The notes beneath the pieces were generated by a model. It was not told where the DNA came from. It saw only the letters and a list, made by a program, of their open reading frames with translations, and searched no databases. Both the position numbers and the translations under genes were made by a program. Positions 1 to 18,000 of a DNA stretch of 64,000 nt are shown here, one piece after another; position 1 is the first letter of the stretch; every line of letters begins with the position of its first letter. Source of the DNA: Squalus acanthias. Taxonomy: Eukaryota. The stretch lies in the NCBI GenBank assembly GCA_030390025.1, contig CM059433.1, positions 32,862,001 to 32,926,000 of the forward strand, written 5' to 3'.

Positions 1-3000
1 ATAGAATCAGTCACAGGATCAATCATAGAATCAATCATAGAATCAATCACATGATCAATCACAGGATCAGTCATAGAATCAATCACATTATCAGTCACAG
101 GATGAATCATAGATTCAGTCACATGATAATTCACAGGATCTATCATAGAATCAATAAAATAATCAATCATAAGATCAGTCATAGAATCAATCCGCTTACC
201 AATCATATAATCAACCACATGATCAAGCACAGGATCAATCATAGAATCAATCATGGAAACAAACACAGGATCAATCATAGAATCAATCACATGATCAATC
301 ATACAATCAATCACATGATCAATCACAGCATCAATCATAGAATCAATCACATGATCTGTCATAGAATCAGTCACAGGATCAATCATAGAATCAAACACAG
401 GATCAATCATAGAATCAATCACAGGATCTATCATAGAAACAATCACATGATCAATCAGATGATCAATGATAGAATCATCACAGGATCAAACATAGAATCA
501 ATCACATGATCAGTTGCACATTCAATCATAGAATCAATCACATGATCAATTACAGGATCAATCATAGAATCAATCCCAGTATCAATCATAGAATCAATCA
601 CATTATTAATCACAGGGTAAATAATAGAATCATTCACATCATCAATCACAGGATCTATCATTGAAACAATCACATGATCAATTACAAGATCAATCATGGG
701 ACCATCACAAGATCAATCATATAATCAATCTCATTATCAATCACAGGATCAATCATATAATCAATCACATGATCAATCACCAATTGAATCGTAGAATCAA
801 TCACATGATCTGTCATAGGATGTATCATAGGATCAATCACATGACCAATCACACAATCAATCATAGAATCAATCACATGATCTATCATAGAATCAATCAC
901 ATGATCTATCATAGAACCAACCATAGCATCAATCACAGGATCAATGATAAAATCAATCAAATGTTCAGTCACAGTATCAATCATAGAATCAGCCACAGGA
1001 CCAATAATATGATCAATCACATGATCAATCAGAGGAAAAATCATAAAGTCAAGCATAGAATAAATCACAGGATTAATTATATAATCAATCACAGGATCAA
1101 GCATAGAATCAATCACAGGATCAAACATAGATTCAATTATAGAATCAATCACATGATCAATCACAGGATCAATCACAGAATCAATCACATTATCAATCAC
1201 AGGATCTATCATAGAATCAATCAAATAATCAATCATAAGATCAGTCATAGAATTAATTACAGGGTGAATCATAGAATCAATCACATGATCAGTCATAGGA
1301 TGTATCATAGGATCAATCACATGACCAATCACACAATCAATCATAGAATCAATCACATGATCTATCATAGAACCAATCATAGCATCAATCACAGGATCAA
1401 TTATAGAATCAATCAAATGTTCAGTCACAGTATCAATCATAGAATCAGCCACAGGACCAATAATATGATCAATCACATGAACAATCAGAGGAAAAATCAT
1501 AAAGTCAATCATAGAATAAATCACAGGATTAATTATATAATCAATCACAGGATCAAGCATAGAATCAATCACAGGATCAAACATAGATTCAATTATAGAA
1601 TCAATCACATTATCAATCACAGGATCTATCATAGAATCAATCAAATAATCAATCATAAGATCAGTCATAGAATTAATTACAGGGTGAATCATAGAATCAA
1701 TCACATGATCAATCACATGATCAATCATAGAATCAATCACAGGATCAAACATAGAATCAATCACATGAACAATCACAGGATAAATCATAGAATCATCCAC
1801 ATGATCTGTCATAGAATCAATCAAAGGATGGAATCACATGATAAATCACAGAATCTATCAAAGACTCAATCCCAGTATCAATCATAGTTTCAATCACATG
1901 GTCAATCACAGGATCAATCAGAGAATCAATTACATTATTAATCACAGGTAAATCATAGAAACATTCACATAATCAATCACAGAATCAAGCATAGAATCAA
2001 TCACATGATCAATCACAGGATCAATCATAGAATAATCAACATGATTAATCAAAGGATCTAAAATAGAATCAGTCAAATGATCAATCACAAGATCAATCAT
2101 TGAATCAACCACATGATCAATCATATAATCAATCACATAATCCATCACAGGATCAATCTTAGAATCAATCATAGATTCAAGCACAGGGTCAATCATAGAA
2201 TCAATCAAATGATCAATCATATAATCAGTCACATGGTCAATCACAGGATCAATCATAGAATCTATCACAAGATCTGTCATAGAATCAATCCCAGGATCAA
2301 TCATAGAATCAATCACATGATCTATCACAGGATCAATCATGGAATCAATCACAGGATCAATCATAGAATCAATCCGAGGATCAATCATAGAATCAATCAC
2401 ATGATCTATCACAGGATCAAACATGGAATCAATCACAGGATCAATCATAGAATCAATCACAGGATCAAGCATAGATTCAATCACAGGATCAATCATAGAA
2501 TCAATCATAGAATCAATAACATGATCAATCATAGAATCAATCACATGATCAATCACAGGATCAATCATAGAATCAATCACATTATAAATCACCGCATCAA
2601 ACATAGAATCAGTCACATGATCAATCACAGGATCTATCATAGAATCAATAAAATAATCCATCATAAGATCAGTCATAGAATGAATCACAAGATCAATCAT
2701 AGAATCAATCACATGACCAATCATATAATCAACCACATGATCAAGCACAGCATCAATCATAGAATCAATCATAAAATCAAACACAGGATCAATCATAGAA
2801 TCAATCACATGATCAATCACAGGATCAATCATAGAAACAATCCGAGGATCAATCATAGAATCAATCACAGGATAAATCACATGATCAATCATATGCCCAA
2901 ACACAGAAGGAATCACATGATCAATCACAGGGTCTATCATAGAATCAATCACGAGCTGTTACACAATGAAACATAGAATCAATCATGTGATCAATCACAG

Positions 3001-6000
3001 GATCAATCATAGAATCAAACAAGGATCAATCATAGAATCAATCACAGGATCAATCACAAGATCAATCATGCGACCATCACAGGATCAATCATACAATCAA
3101 TCTGATGATCAATCACAGGATCAATCATAGAATTAATCACATGATCAATCATAGAATCAATCCCAGGATTAATCATAGAATCAATCACATGATCTATCAT
3201 AGAACCAATCATAGGATCAATCACAGAGTCAATTATACAATAAATCAAATGTTCAGTCACAGGATCAATCATAGAATCAATCACATGATCAATCAGAGGA
3301 ACAATCATAAAATCAATCATAGAATCAATCAAAGGATTAATTATATAATCAATCATGGAATTAATCACAGGATCAATCACAGGATCAATCATGGAATCAA
3401 TCACAGGATCAAGCATAGAATCAATCACATGATCAATCACAGGATCAATCATAGAATCAATCGCATGATCAATCACAGGATCAATCATAGAATCAATCAC
3501 ATGATCTGTCATAGAATCAATCACAGGATCAATCATAGAATCAAACAAGGATCAATCATAGAATCAATCACAGGATCAATCACAAGATCAATCATGGGAC
3601 CATCACAGGATCAATCATACAATCAATCTGATGATCAATCACAGGATCAATCATAGAATTAATCACATGATCAATCATAGAATCAATCCCAGGATCAATC
3701 ATAGAATCAATCACATGATCTATCATAGAACCAATCATAGGATCAATCACAGAATCAATTATACAATAAATCAAATGTTCAGTCACAGGATCAATCATAG
3801 AATCAATCACATGATCAATCAGAGGAACAATCATAAAATCAATCATAGAATCAATCAAAGGATTAATTATATAATCAATCATGGAATTAATCACAGGATC
3901 AATCACAGGATCAATCATGGAATCAATCACAGGATCAAGCATAGAATACATCACAGGATCAAGCATAGAATCAATCACATGATCAATCACAGGATCAATC
4001 ATAGAATCAATCACATTATCAATCACAGGATCAATCATAGAATCAGTCACAAGATCAATCACAGGATCTATCATAGAACCAATAAAGTAATCAATCATAA
4101 GATCAGTCATAGAAACAATCACAAGATCAATCATAGAATCAATCACATGACCAATCATATAATCAACCACATGGTCAAGCACAGGATCAATCATAGAATC
4201 AATCATAGAATCTAACACAGGACCAATCATAGAATCAATCGCATGATCAATCACAGGATCAATCATAGAATCAATCACATGATCTGTCATAGAATCAATC
4301 ACAGGATCAAGCATAGAATCAATCGCAGGATCAAGAATAGAATCAATCACAGGATCAATCAGAGAATCAGTCACATGATCAATCACAGGAACTATCATAG
4401 AATCAATAAAATAATCAATCATAAGATCAGTCATAGAATCAAACACAAGATCAATCATAGAATCAATCACATGATCAATCATAGAATCAATCACATGATC
4501 GATCATAGGATCAATCATAGAAACAATCACATGATCTGTCGTAGAATCAAACACAGGATCAATCACATGATCAATCATAGGCTCAAACATAGAAGGAATC
4601 ACATGATCAATCACAGGGTTATCATAGAATCAATCACATGATCAATCATAGAATAAATCATTGAATCAAACACAGGATCAATCATAGAATCAATCACAGG
4701 ATCAATCATAGAATCAATCACATGAACAATCACGGGATCAATCATAAAATCAATCACATGATCTGTCATACAATCAATCACATGATCAATCACCAGATCA
4801 ATGATAGAATCAATCACATGATCAATCACAGGATCAATCATAGAATCAATCATTGAATCAAACACAGGATCAATCATAGAATCAATCACAGGATCAATCA
4901 TAGAATCAATCACATGAACAACCACAGGATCAATCATAAAATCAATCACATGATCTGTCATACAATCAATCACATGATCAATCACCAGATCAATGATATA
5001 ATCAATCACATGATCAATCACAGGATCAATCATAGAATCAATCATTGAATCAAACACAGGATCAATCATAGAATAAATCACAAGATCAATCATAGAATCA
5101 ATCACCTGATCAATCACAGGATCAATCAGAGAATCAATCGCATTATCCATCACAGGATATATAATAGAATCATTCACATAATCAATCACAGGCTCTATCA
5201 TAGAAACAATCACATGATCAATCACAAGATCAATCATAGAATCATCACATGCTCAGTCTTAGAATCAATCGCAGCATCAGTCATATAATCAATCACAGGA
5301 TCAATCACAGGATCAATCATAGAATCAATCACATGATCTGTCGTAGAATCAAACACAGGATCAATCAGATGATCAATCATAGGCTCAAACATAGAAGGAA
5401 TCACATGATCAATCACAGGGTCTATCATAGAATCAATCACATGATCAGTTACACAATGAAACATAGAATCAATCATATGATCAATCACAGGATCAATCAT
5501 AGAATCAAACACAGGATTCATCATAGAATCAACTAAATGCTCAATCAGAGAATCAATCACATGATCAATCACAGGATCAATCACAAGATCAATCATGGGG
5601 CCATCACAGGATCAATCAAATGATCAATCTCATGCTCAATCACAGGATCAATCATACAATCAATCACATGATCAATCACACAATCAATCATAGAATCAGT
5701 CACATGATCAATCATAGAATCAATCACAGGATCAATCATAGAATCAATCACATGATCTATCATAGAACCAATCATAGAATCAACCACAGGATCAATTATG
5801 GAATCAATCAAATATTCATTCACAGGATCAATCATAGAATCAAACACAGGATCAATAATATGATCAATCAGAGGAACAATCATAAAATCAATCATAGAAT
5901 CAATCACAGGATTAATTATATAATCAATCACGGATCAAGCTTAGAATCAATCACATGTCAAGCATAGATTCAATCATAGAATCAATAACATGATCAATCA

Positions 6001-9000
6001 CAGGATCAATCACAGAATCAATGACATTATCAATCACAGGATCAATCATAGAATCATTCACATGATCAATCACAGGATCTATCATAGAATCAATCAAATA
6101 ATCAATCATAAGATCAGTCATAGAATTAATTACAGGATCAATCATAGAATCAATCAAATGATCAATCACAAGATCAATCATAAAATCAATCACATGATCA
6201 ATCAACATAGAATCAATCAGATGATCAATCACAGGCTCAATCATAGAATTAATCCCTATATCAATCATAGAATCAATCACAAGGTCAATCACAGGATCTA
6301 TCATAGTATCAATCAAATGATCAATCATAAGGTCAGTCATGGAATCAATTACAGGATCAATCATAGCTTCAATCACATGATCAAACACATAATAAATCAC
6401 ATGACCAATCACGAGGTCAATCACATGACCAATCATAGAATCAATCACATGATCAACCGCAGGATAAATCATAGAATCAATCACAGGATCAATCGTAGAA
6501 TCAATCACAGGATCAATCATACAATCAATCATAGAATCAATAGCATGATCAATCATATAATCAATCACATGATCAATCACAGGATCAATCATCGAATCAT
6601 TCACATGATCAATCACAGGTTCAATCATAGAATCAATCACATGATATATCATAGAACCAATCATAGCATCAATCACAGGATCAATTATAGAATAAATCTA
6701 ATGTTCATTCACAGGATCAATCATAGAATCAACCACAGGATCAATAATATGATCAATCACATGATCAATCAGAGGAACAATCGTAAAATCAATTATAGAA
6801 TCAAGCACAGGATTAATTATATAATCAATCACAGGATCAAGCATAGAATCAATCACCGGATCAAGCATAGATTCAATCATAGAATCAATAACATGATCAA
6901 TCATAGAATCAATCACATGATCAATCACAAGATCAATCACAGAATCAATCACATGGTCAATCACAGGATCAATGAGAGAATCAATCACATTGTCAATCAC
7001 AGGGTAAATGAGAGAATCATTCACATAATCAATCTTAGGATCTATCATGGACACAATCACATGATGAATCACACAATCAATCATAGCATCAATCACAGGA
7101 TCAATCATAGAATCAATCACATGATCAATCATATAATCAATCTCATGATCAATCAGAGGATCAATCTTAGAATCAATCAAATGATCAATCACAGGATGTA
7201 TCATAGGATCAATCACATGGTCAATCACAGGATCAATCATAGAATCAATCCCAGGTTAAATCATAGAATCAAACACATGATCTAACATAGAGCAAATCAT
7301 AGGATCAATCACAGGATCAATTATAGAATCGATCAAATATACAGTCACAGGATCAATCATAGAATCAATCACAGGATCAATCACATGATCAATCATAGAA
7401 TCAATCACAGGATCAATCATGGGATCAATCACCGGATCAATCATAGAATCAATCAACTGATCAATCAGAGGATCAATCATAGAATCAATCATAGTATCAA
7501 TTATATAATCAATCGAATGATCAATCACATGTTCAGTCATAGAATTCATCTCAGGATCAATCATAGAATCAATCACATGATCAATCATAGACTCATTCAT
7601 GTGATCAATCAGATGATCAATCACATCATCAATCATAGAATCAATCACATGATCAATCATAGAATCAATCCCAGGATCAATCATAGAATCAATCACATGA
7701 TCTATCATAGAACCAATCATAGGATCAATCACAGAATCAATTATACAATAAATCAAATGTTCAGTCACAGGATCCATCATAGAATCAATCACATGATCAA
7801 TCCCAGGATCCATCACGGAATGAATCACAGGATCAATCACAGGATCAATCATGGAATCAATCACAGGATCAATCATAGAATCAATCACAGGATAAAGCAT
7901 AGATTCAATCACAGGATCAATCATAGAATCAATCATAGAATCAATAACATGATCAATCATAGAATCAATCACATGATCAATCACAGGATCAATCATAGAA
8001 TCAATCACATTATAAATCACCGCATCAAACATAGAATCAGTCACATGATCAATCACAGGATCTATCATAGAATCAATAAAATAATCCATCATAAGATCAG
8101 TCATAGAATGAATCACAAGATCAATCATAGAATCAATCACATGACCAATCATATAATCAACCACATGATCAAGCACAGCATCAATCATAGAATCAATCAT
8201 AAAATCAAACACAGGATCAATCATAGAAACAATCCGAGGATCAATCATAGAATCAATCACAGGATAAATCACATGATCAATCATATGCCCAAACACAGAA
8301 GGAATCACATGATCAATCACAGGGTCTATCATAGAATCAATCACGAGCTGTTACACAATGAAACATAGAATCAATCATGTGATCAATCACAGGATCAATC
8401 ATAGAATCAAACAAGGATCAATCATAGAATCAATCACAGGATCAATCACAAGATCAATCATGGGACCATCACAGGATCAATCATACAATCAATCTGATGA
8501 TCAATCACAGGATCAATCATAGAATTAATCACATGATCAATCATAGAATCAATCCCAGGATCAATCATAGAATCAATCACATGATCTATCATAGAACCAA
8601 TCATAGGATCAATCACAGAATCAATTATACAATAAATCAAATGTTCAGTCACAGGATCAATCATAGAATCAATCACATGATCAATCAGAGGAACAATCAT
8701 AAAATCAATCATAGAATCAATCAAAGGATTAATTATATAATCAATCATGGAATTAATCACAGGATCAATCACAGGATCAATCATGGAATCAATCACAGGA
8801 TCAAGCATAGAATCAATCACATGATCAATCACAGGATCAATCATAGAATCAATCACATTATCAATCACAGGATCAATCATAGAATCAGTCACAAGATCAA
8901 TCACAGGATCTATCATAGAACCAATAAAGTAATCAATCATAAGATCAGTCATAGAAACAATCACAAGATCAATCATAGAATCAATCACATGACCAATCAT

Positions 9001-12000
9001 ATAATCAACCACATGGTCAAGCACAGGATCAATCATAGAATCAATCATAGAGTCTAACACAGGACCAATCATAGAATCAATCGCATGATCAATCACAGGA
9101 TCAATCATAGAATCAATCACATGATCTGTCATAGAATCAATCACAGGATCAATCATAGAATCAAACAAGGATCAATCATAGAATCAATCACAGGATCAAT
9201 CACAAGATCAATCATGGGACCATCACAGGATCAATCATACAATCAATCTGATGATCAATCACAGGATCAATCATAGAATTAATCACATGATCAATCATAG
9301 AATCAATCCCAGGATCAATCATAGAATCAATCACATGATCTATCATAGAACCAATCATAGGATCAATCACAGGATCAATCATAGAATCAATCACAGGATC
9401 AAGCAGAGGAACATAGAATACAAGGATTAATTATATAATCAATCATGGAATTAATCACAGGATCAATCACAGGATCAATCATGGAATCAATCACAGGATC
9501 AAGCATAGAATACATCACAGGATCAAGCATAGAATCAATCACATGATCAATCACAGGATCAATCATAGAATCAATCACATTATCAATCACAGGATCAATC
9601 ATAGAATCAGTCACAAGATCAATCACAGGATCTATCATAGAACCAATAAAGTAATCAATCATAAGATCAGTCATAGAAACAATCACAAGATCAATCATAG
9701 AATCAATCACATGACCAATCATATAATCAACCACATGGTCAAGCACAGGATCAATCATAGAATCAATCATAGAATCTAACACAGGACCAATCATAGAATC
9801 AATCGCATGATCAATCACAGGATCAATCATAGAATCAATCACATGATCTGTCATAGAATCAATCACAGGATCAAGCATAGAATCAATCGCAGGATCAAGA
9901 ATAGAATCAATCACAGGATCAATCAGAGAATCAGTCACATGATCAATCACAGGATCTATCATAGAATCAATAAAATAATCAATCATAAGATCAGTCATAG
10001 AATCAAACACAAGATCAATCATAGAATCAATCACATGATCAATCATAGAATCAATCACATGATCGATCACAGGATCAATCATAGAAACAATCACATGATC
10101 TGTCGTAGAATCAAACACAGGATCAATCACATGATCAATCATAGGCTCAAACATAGAAGGAATCACATGATCAATCACAGGGTTATCATAGAATCAATCA
10201 CATGATCAATCATAGAATCAATCATTGAATCAAACACAGGATCAATCATAGAATCAATCACAAGATCAATCATAGAATCAAACACAGGATTCATCATAGA
10301 ATCAACTAAATGCTCAATCAGAGAATCAATCACATGATCAATCACCGGATCAATCACAAGATCAATCATGGGGCCATCACAGGATCAATCAAATGATCAA
10401 TCTCATGCTCAATCACAGGATCAATCATACAATCAATCACATGATCAATCACAGGATGTATCATAGGATCAATCACATGATCAATCACACAATCAATCAT
10501 AGAATCAGTCACATGATCAATCATAGAATCAATCACAGGATGTATCATAGGATCAATCACATGATCAATCACACAATCAATCATAGAATCAGTCACATGA
10601 TCAATCATAGAATCAATCACAGGATCAATCATAGAACCAATCATAGAATCAACCACAGGATCAATTATGGAAACAATCAAATATTCATTCACAGGATCAA
10701 TCATAGAATCAAACACAGGATCAATAATACGATCAATCAGAGGAACAATCATAAAATCAATCATAGAATCAATCACAGGATTAATTATATAATCAATCAC
10801 GGATCAAGCTTAGAATCAATCACATGTCAAGCATAGATTCAATCATAGAATCAATAACATGATCAATCACAGGATCAATCACAGAATCAATGACATTATC
10901 AATCACAGGATCAATCATAGAATCATTCACATGATCAATCACAGGATCTATCATAGAATCAATCAAATAATCAATCATAAGATCAGTCATAGAATTAATT
11001 ACAGGATCAATCATAGAATCAATCAAATGATCAATCACAAGATCAATCATAAAATCAATCACATGATCAATCAACATAGAATCAATCAGATGATCAATCA
11101 CAGGCTCAATCATAGAATTAATCCCTATATCAATCATAGAATCAATCACAAGGTCAATCACAGGATCTATCATAGTATCAATCAAATGATCAATCATAAG
11201 GTCAGTCATGGAATCAATTACAGGATCAATCATAGCTTCAATCACATGATCAAACACATAATAAATCACATGACCAATCACGAGGTCAATCACATGATCA
11301 ATCATAGAATCAATCACATGATCAACCGCAGGATAAATCATAGAATCAATCACAGGATCAATCGTAGAATCAATCACAGGATCAATCATACACTCAATCA
11401 TAGAATCAATAGCATGATCAATCATACAATCAATCACATGATCAATCACAGGATCAATCATCGAATCATTCACATGATCAATCACAGGATCAATCATAGA
11501 ATCAATCACATGATATATCATAGAACCAATCATAGCATCAATCACAGGATCAATTATAGAATAAATCAAATGTTCATTCACAGGATCAATCATAGAATCA
11601 ACCACAGGATCAATAATATGATCAATCACATGATCAATCAGAGGAACAATCGTAAAATCAATTATAGAATCAAGCACAGGATTAATTATACAATCAATCA
11701 CAGGATCAAGCATAGAATCAATCACCGGATCAAGCATAGATTCAATCATAGAATCAATAACATGATCAATCATAGAATCAATCACATGATCAATCACAAG
11801 ATCAATCACAGAATCAATCACATGGTCAATCACAGGATCAATCAGAGAATCAATCACATTGTCAATCACAGGGTAAATGAGAGAATCATTCACATAATCA
11901 ATCTTAGGATCTATCATGGACACAATCACATGATGAATCACACAATCAATCATAGCATCAATCACAGGATCAATCATAGAATCAATCACATGATCAATCA

Positions 12001-15000
12001 TATAATCAATCTCATGATCAATCAGAGGATCAATCTTAGAATCAATCAAATGATCAATCACAGGATGTATCATAGGATCAATCACATGGTCAATCACAGG
12101 ATCAATCATAGAATCAATCCCAGGTTAAATCATAGAATCAAACACATGATCTAACATAGAGCAAATCATAGGATCAATCACAGGATCAATTATAGAATCG
12201 ATCAAATATTCAGTCACAGGATCAATCATAGAATCAATCACAGGATCAATTATATAATCAATCACATGATCAATCATAGAATCAATCACAGGATCAATCA
12301 TGGGATCAATCACCGGATCAATCATAGAATCAATCAACTGATCAATCAGAGGATCAATCATAGAATCAATCATAGTATCAATTATATAATCAATCGAATG
12401 ATCAATCACATGTTCAGTCATAGAATTCATCTCAGGATCAATCATAGAATCAATCACATGATCAATCATAGACTCATTCATGTGATCAATCAGATGATCA
12501 ATCACATCATCAATCATAGAATCAATCACAGGATCAATCATAGAATCAATCCCAGGATCCATCATAGAATCAATCACATGATCAATCCCAGGATCCATCA
12601 CGGAATGAATCACAGGATCAATCACAGGATCAATCATAGAATCAATCACATGATCAAGCATAGAATCAATCACAGGATCAATCATAGAATCAATCATAGA
12701 CTCAATAACACGATCAATCATAGAATCAGTCACATGATCAATCACAGGATCTATCATAGAATCAATAAAATAATCAATCATAAGATCAGTCATTGAATCA
12801 ATCACAAGATCAATGATAGAATCAATCACATGACCAATTATATAATCAACCACATGATCAATCATAGGATCAATCATAGAATCAATCATATGATCTGTCA
12901 TAGAATCAGTCACAGGATCAATCACATGATCAATCATAGGCTCAAATATATAAGGAATTACATGATCAATCACAGGGTCTATCATAGAATCAATCACATG
13001 ATCAGTTACACAATCAAACATAGAATCAATCACATGATCAATCACAGGATCAATCAGAGAATCAATCGCATGATCAATCACAGGATATATATTAGAATCA
13101 TTCACATAATCAGTCACAGGCTCTATCATAGAAACAATCACATGATCAATCACAAGATCAATCATACAATCATCACAGGATCATTCATAGAATCAATCAC
13201 ATGCTCAATCTTAGAATCAATCTCAGCATCAGTCATACAATCAATCACAGGATCAATAACAGGATCAATCCTAGAATCAATAACATGATCAATCATAGAA
13301 TGAATCACATGATCAATCACAGGATCAAACATAGAATCAATCACATGATCAATCACAGGATCTATCGCAGAATCAATCACATGGTCAATCACAGGATCAA
13401 TCAGAGAATCAATCACATTGTAAATCCCAGGGGAAATGAGAAAATCATTCACATAATCAATCACAGGATCTATCATGGACACAATCACATGATGAATCAC
13501 ACAATCAATCATAGAATCAATCACATGATCAATCATATAATCAATCTCATGATCAAACAGAGGATCAATCTTAGAATCAATCAACTGATCAATCACCGGA
13601 TCAGTCATAGAATCAATCACATGATCAATCACAGGATGTATCATAGGATCAATCACATGATCATTCACAGAATCAATCATAGAATCAATCACATGATCAA
13701 TCATAGAATCAATCCCAGGTTCAATCATAGAATCAAACACATGATCTAACATAGGATCAATCACAGGATCAATTATAGAATCGATCAAAGATTCAGTCAC
13801 AGGATCAATCATAAAATCAATCACAGGATCAATTATATAATCAATCACATGATCTATCAGAGGAACAATCATAAAATCAATCTTAGTATCAATTATACAA
13901 TCAATCAAATGATCAATCACATGTTCAGTGATAGAATCCATCTCAGGTTCAATCATAGAATCAATCACATGATCAATCATAGACTCATTCATGTGATCAA
14001 TCAGATGATCAATCACAGCATCAATCATAGAATCAATCACAGGATCAAGCATACAATCAATCACATGAACAATCACAGGATCTATCGCAGAATCAATCAC
14101 ATGATCAGTTACACAATCAATCATAGAAGCAATCACAGGATCAATCACAGGATCAATCATAGAATCAATCCCAGCATCAATCATACAATCAATCCCAGGT
14201 TCAATCATAGAATCAATCACATGATCTAACATACATACAATCATAGGATTAATCACAGAATCAATTATAGAATCGATCAAATGTTCAGTCACAGGATCAA
14301 TCATGGAATCAGTCACAGGATCAATCACATGATCAGTTACACAATCAATCATAGAAGCAATCACAGGATTAATCACAGGATCAATCTTAGAATCAATCAC
14401 AGGATCAAGCATAGAATCAATCACAGGATCAAGCATAGAATCATCCACAGGATCAATCATAGAATCAATCATAGAATCAATAACATGATCAATCATAGAA
14501 TCAATCACATGATCAATCACAAGGTCAATCATAGAATCAATCACATTATCAATCACAGGCTCTATCATAGAAACAATCACATGATCAATCACAAGATCAA
14601 TCATAGAATCATCACAGGATCATTCATAGAATCAATCACATGCTCAATCTTAGAATCAATCTCAGCATCAGTCATACAATCAATCACAGGATCAATAACA
14701 GGATCAATCATAGAATCAATAACATGATCAATCATAGAATGAATCACATGATCAATCACAGGATCAAACATAGAATCAATCACAGTATAAATCACAGGAC
14801 CAATCATAGAATCAGTCACATGATCAATCACAGGATCTATCATAGTATCAATAAAGTAATCAATCATAAGATCAGTCATAGAATCAATCACACGATCAAT
14901 CATAGAATCAATCACATGACCAATCATATAATCAACCACATGATCAAGCAGAGGATCAATCATAGAATCAATCAAAGAATCAAACACAGGACCAATCATA

Positions 15001-18000
15001 GAATCTATCACATGATCAATCACAGGATCAATCATAGAATCAAACACATGATCTGTCGTAGAATCAAACATAGGATCAATCACATGATCAATCATAGGCT
15101 CAAACATAGAAGGAATCACATGATCAATCACAGGGTCTATCATCGAATCAATCACATGATCAGTTACGCAATGAAACATAGATTCAATCCTACGATCAAT
15201 CACAGGATCAATCACAGAATCAATCACAGGATCAATCATGGGAACAATCACCGGATCAATCATAGAATCAATGAACTGATCAATCAGAGGATCAATCATA
15301 GAATCATTCACAGGAACAATCGTACAATCAATCATTGAATCAATAGCATGATCAATCATAAAATCAATCACATTATCAATCACAGGATCAATCATCGAAT
15401 CATTCACATGATCAATCACACAATCAATCATAGAATCTATCACATGATCTATCATAGAACCAATCATAGCATCAATCACAGGATCAATTATAAAATAAAT
15501 CACATGATCATTCACAGAATCAATCATAGAATCAATCACATGATCAATCATAGAATCAATCCCAGGTTCAATCATAGAATCAAACACATGATCTAACATA
15601 GAGCCAATCATAGGATCAATCACAGGATCAATTATAGAATCCATCAAATATTCAGTCACAGGATCAATCACAAAATCAATCACAGGATCAATTATATAAT
15701 CAATCACATGATCTATCAGAGGAACAATCATAGAATCAATCATAGTATCAATTATACAATCAATCAAATGATCAATCACATGTTCAGTGATAGAATCCAT
15801 CTCAGGATCAATCATAGAATCAATCACATGATCAATCATAGACTCATTCATGTGATCAATCAGATGATCAATCACAGCATCAATCATAGAATCAATCACA
15901 GGATCAAGCATAGAATCAATCACATGAACAATCACAGGGTCTATCGCAGAATCAATCACATGATCTGTTACACAATCAATCATAGAAGCAATCACAGGAT
16001 CAATCACAGGATCATTCATAGAATCAATCCCAGCATCAATCATACAATCAATCCCAGGTTCAATCATAGAATCAATCACATGATCTAACATACATACAAT
16101 CATAGGATCAATCACAGGATCAATTATAGAATCGATCAAATGTTCAGTCACAGGATCAATCATGGAATCAGTCACAGGATCAATCACATGATCAGTTACA
16201 CAATCAATCATAGAAGCAATCACAGAATTAATCACAGGATCAATCTTAGAATCAATCACAGGATCAAGCATAGAATCAATCACAGGATCAAGCATAGAAT
16301 CATCCACATGATCAATCATAGAATCAATCATAGAATCAATAACATGATCAATCATAGAATCAATCACATGATCAATCACAAGGTCAATCATAGAATCAAT
16401 CACATTATCAATCACAGGATCAATCATAAAATCAGTCAAATGATCAATCACAGGATCTATCATAGAATCAATAAAATAATCAATCATAAGATCAGTCATA
16501 GAATCAATCACAAGATCAATCATAGAATCAATCACATGACCAATCATATAATCAACCACATGATCAAGCACAGGATCAATCATAGAATCAATCATAGAAT
16601 CATACACAGGATCAATCAGAGAATCAATCACATGATCAATCATAGAATCAAACACATGATCAATCACAGGATCCTTCATAGAATCAATCACAGGATCAAT
16701 CACATGATCAATCATAGGCTCAAACATAGAAGGAATCACATGATCATACACAGGGTCTATCATAGAATCAATCACATGATCAGTTACACAATCAAACATA
16801 GAATCAATCACATGATCAATCACAGGATCAATCAGAGAATCAATCACATTATCCATCACAGGATAATTAATAGAATCATTCACATAATCAATCACAGGAT
16901 CTATCATAGAAACAATCACCTGATCAATCACAAGATCAATCACAGAATCATCACAGGTTCAATCATAGAATCAATCACATGATCAATCTTAGAATCAATC
17001 TCAGCAACAGTCATATAATCAATCACAGCATCATTCACAGGATCAATCATAGAATCAATCACAGGATCAACATAGAATCAATCACAGGATCAAGCATAGA
17101 ATCAATCACATGATCGATCACAGGATCAATCATAGAATCATCAACATGATTAATCAAAGGATCTAAAATAGAATAAGTCAAATTATCAATCATAACATCA
17201 GTAATAGAATCAATCACAAGATCAATCATTGAATCAATCACATGATCAATCATATAATCAATCACATGATCAATCACAGGATCAATCTTAGAATCAATCA
17301 TAGAATCAAACACAGGATCAATCTTAGATAAATCACATGATCAATCATAGAATCAATCACATGATCAATCACAGGATCATTCATAGAATCAATCCCAGTA
17401 TCAATCATAGTATCAATCACATGGTCAATCACAGGATCAATCAGATAATCAATCACATTATTAATCACAGGTAAATCATAGAATCATTCACATAATCAAT
17501 CATAGGATCTATCATAGAAACAATCAAATGATCAATCACACAATCAATCGTAGAATCAATCACAAGATCAATCATAGAATCAATCACATGATCAATCATG
17601 TAATCAATCTCATGATCAATCACGACATCAATCATAGAATTAATAACATGATCAATCATAGGATGTATCATAGGATCAATCACATGATGAATTACACAAT
17701 CAATCATAGAATTAATGACATGATCAATCATAGAATCAATCACAGGATCAATCATAGATTCATTCACATGATCTATCATAGAACCAATCATAGCATCAAT
17801 CACAGGATCAATTATAGAATCAAACAAATGTTCAGTCACATGAACAATCATAGAATCAATCACAGCATCAATAAAACGATAAATCACATGATCAATCAGA
17901 GGAACAATCATAAAATCCATCATAGAATCAAGCACAGGATTAATTATATAATCAATCACAGGATCAAGCATAGAATCAATCACAGGATCAAGCATAGATT

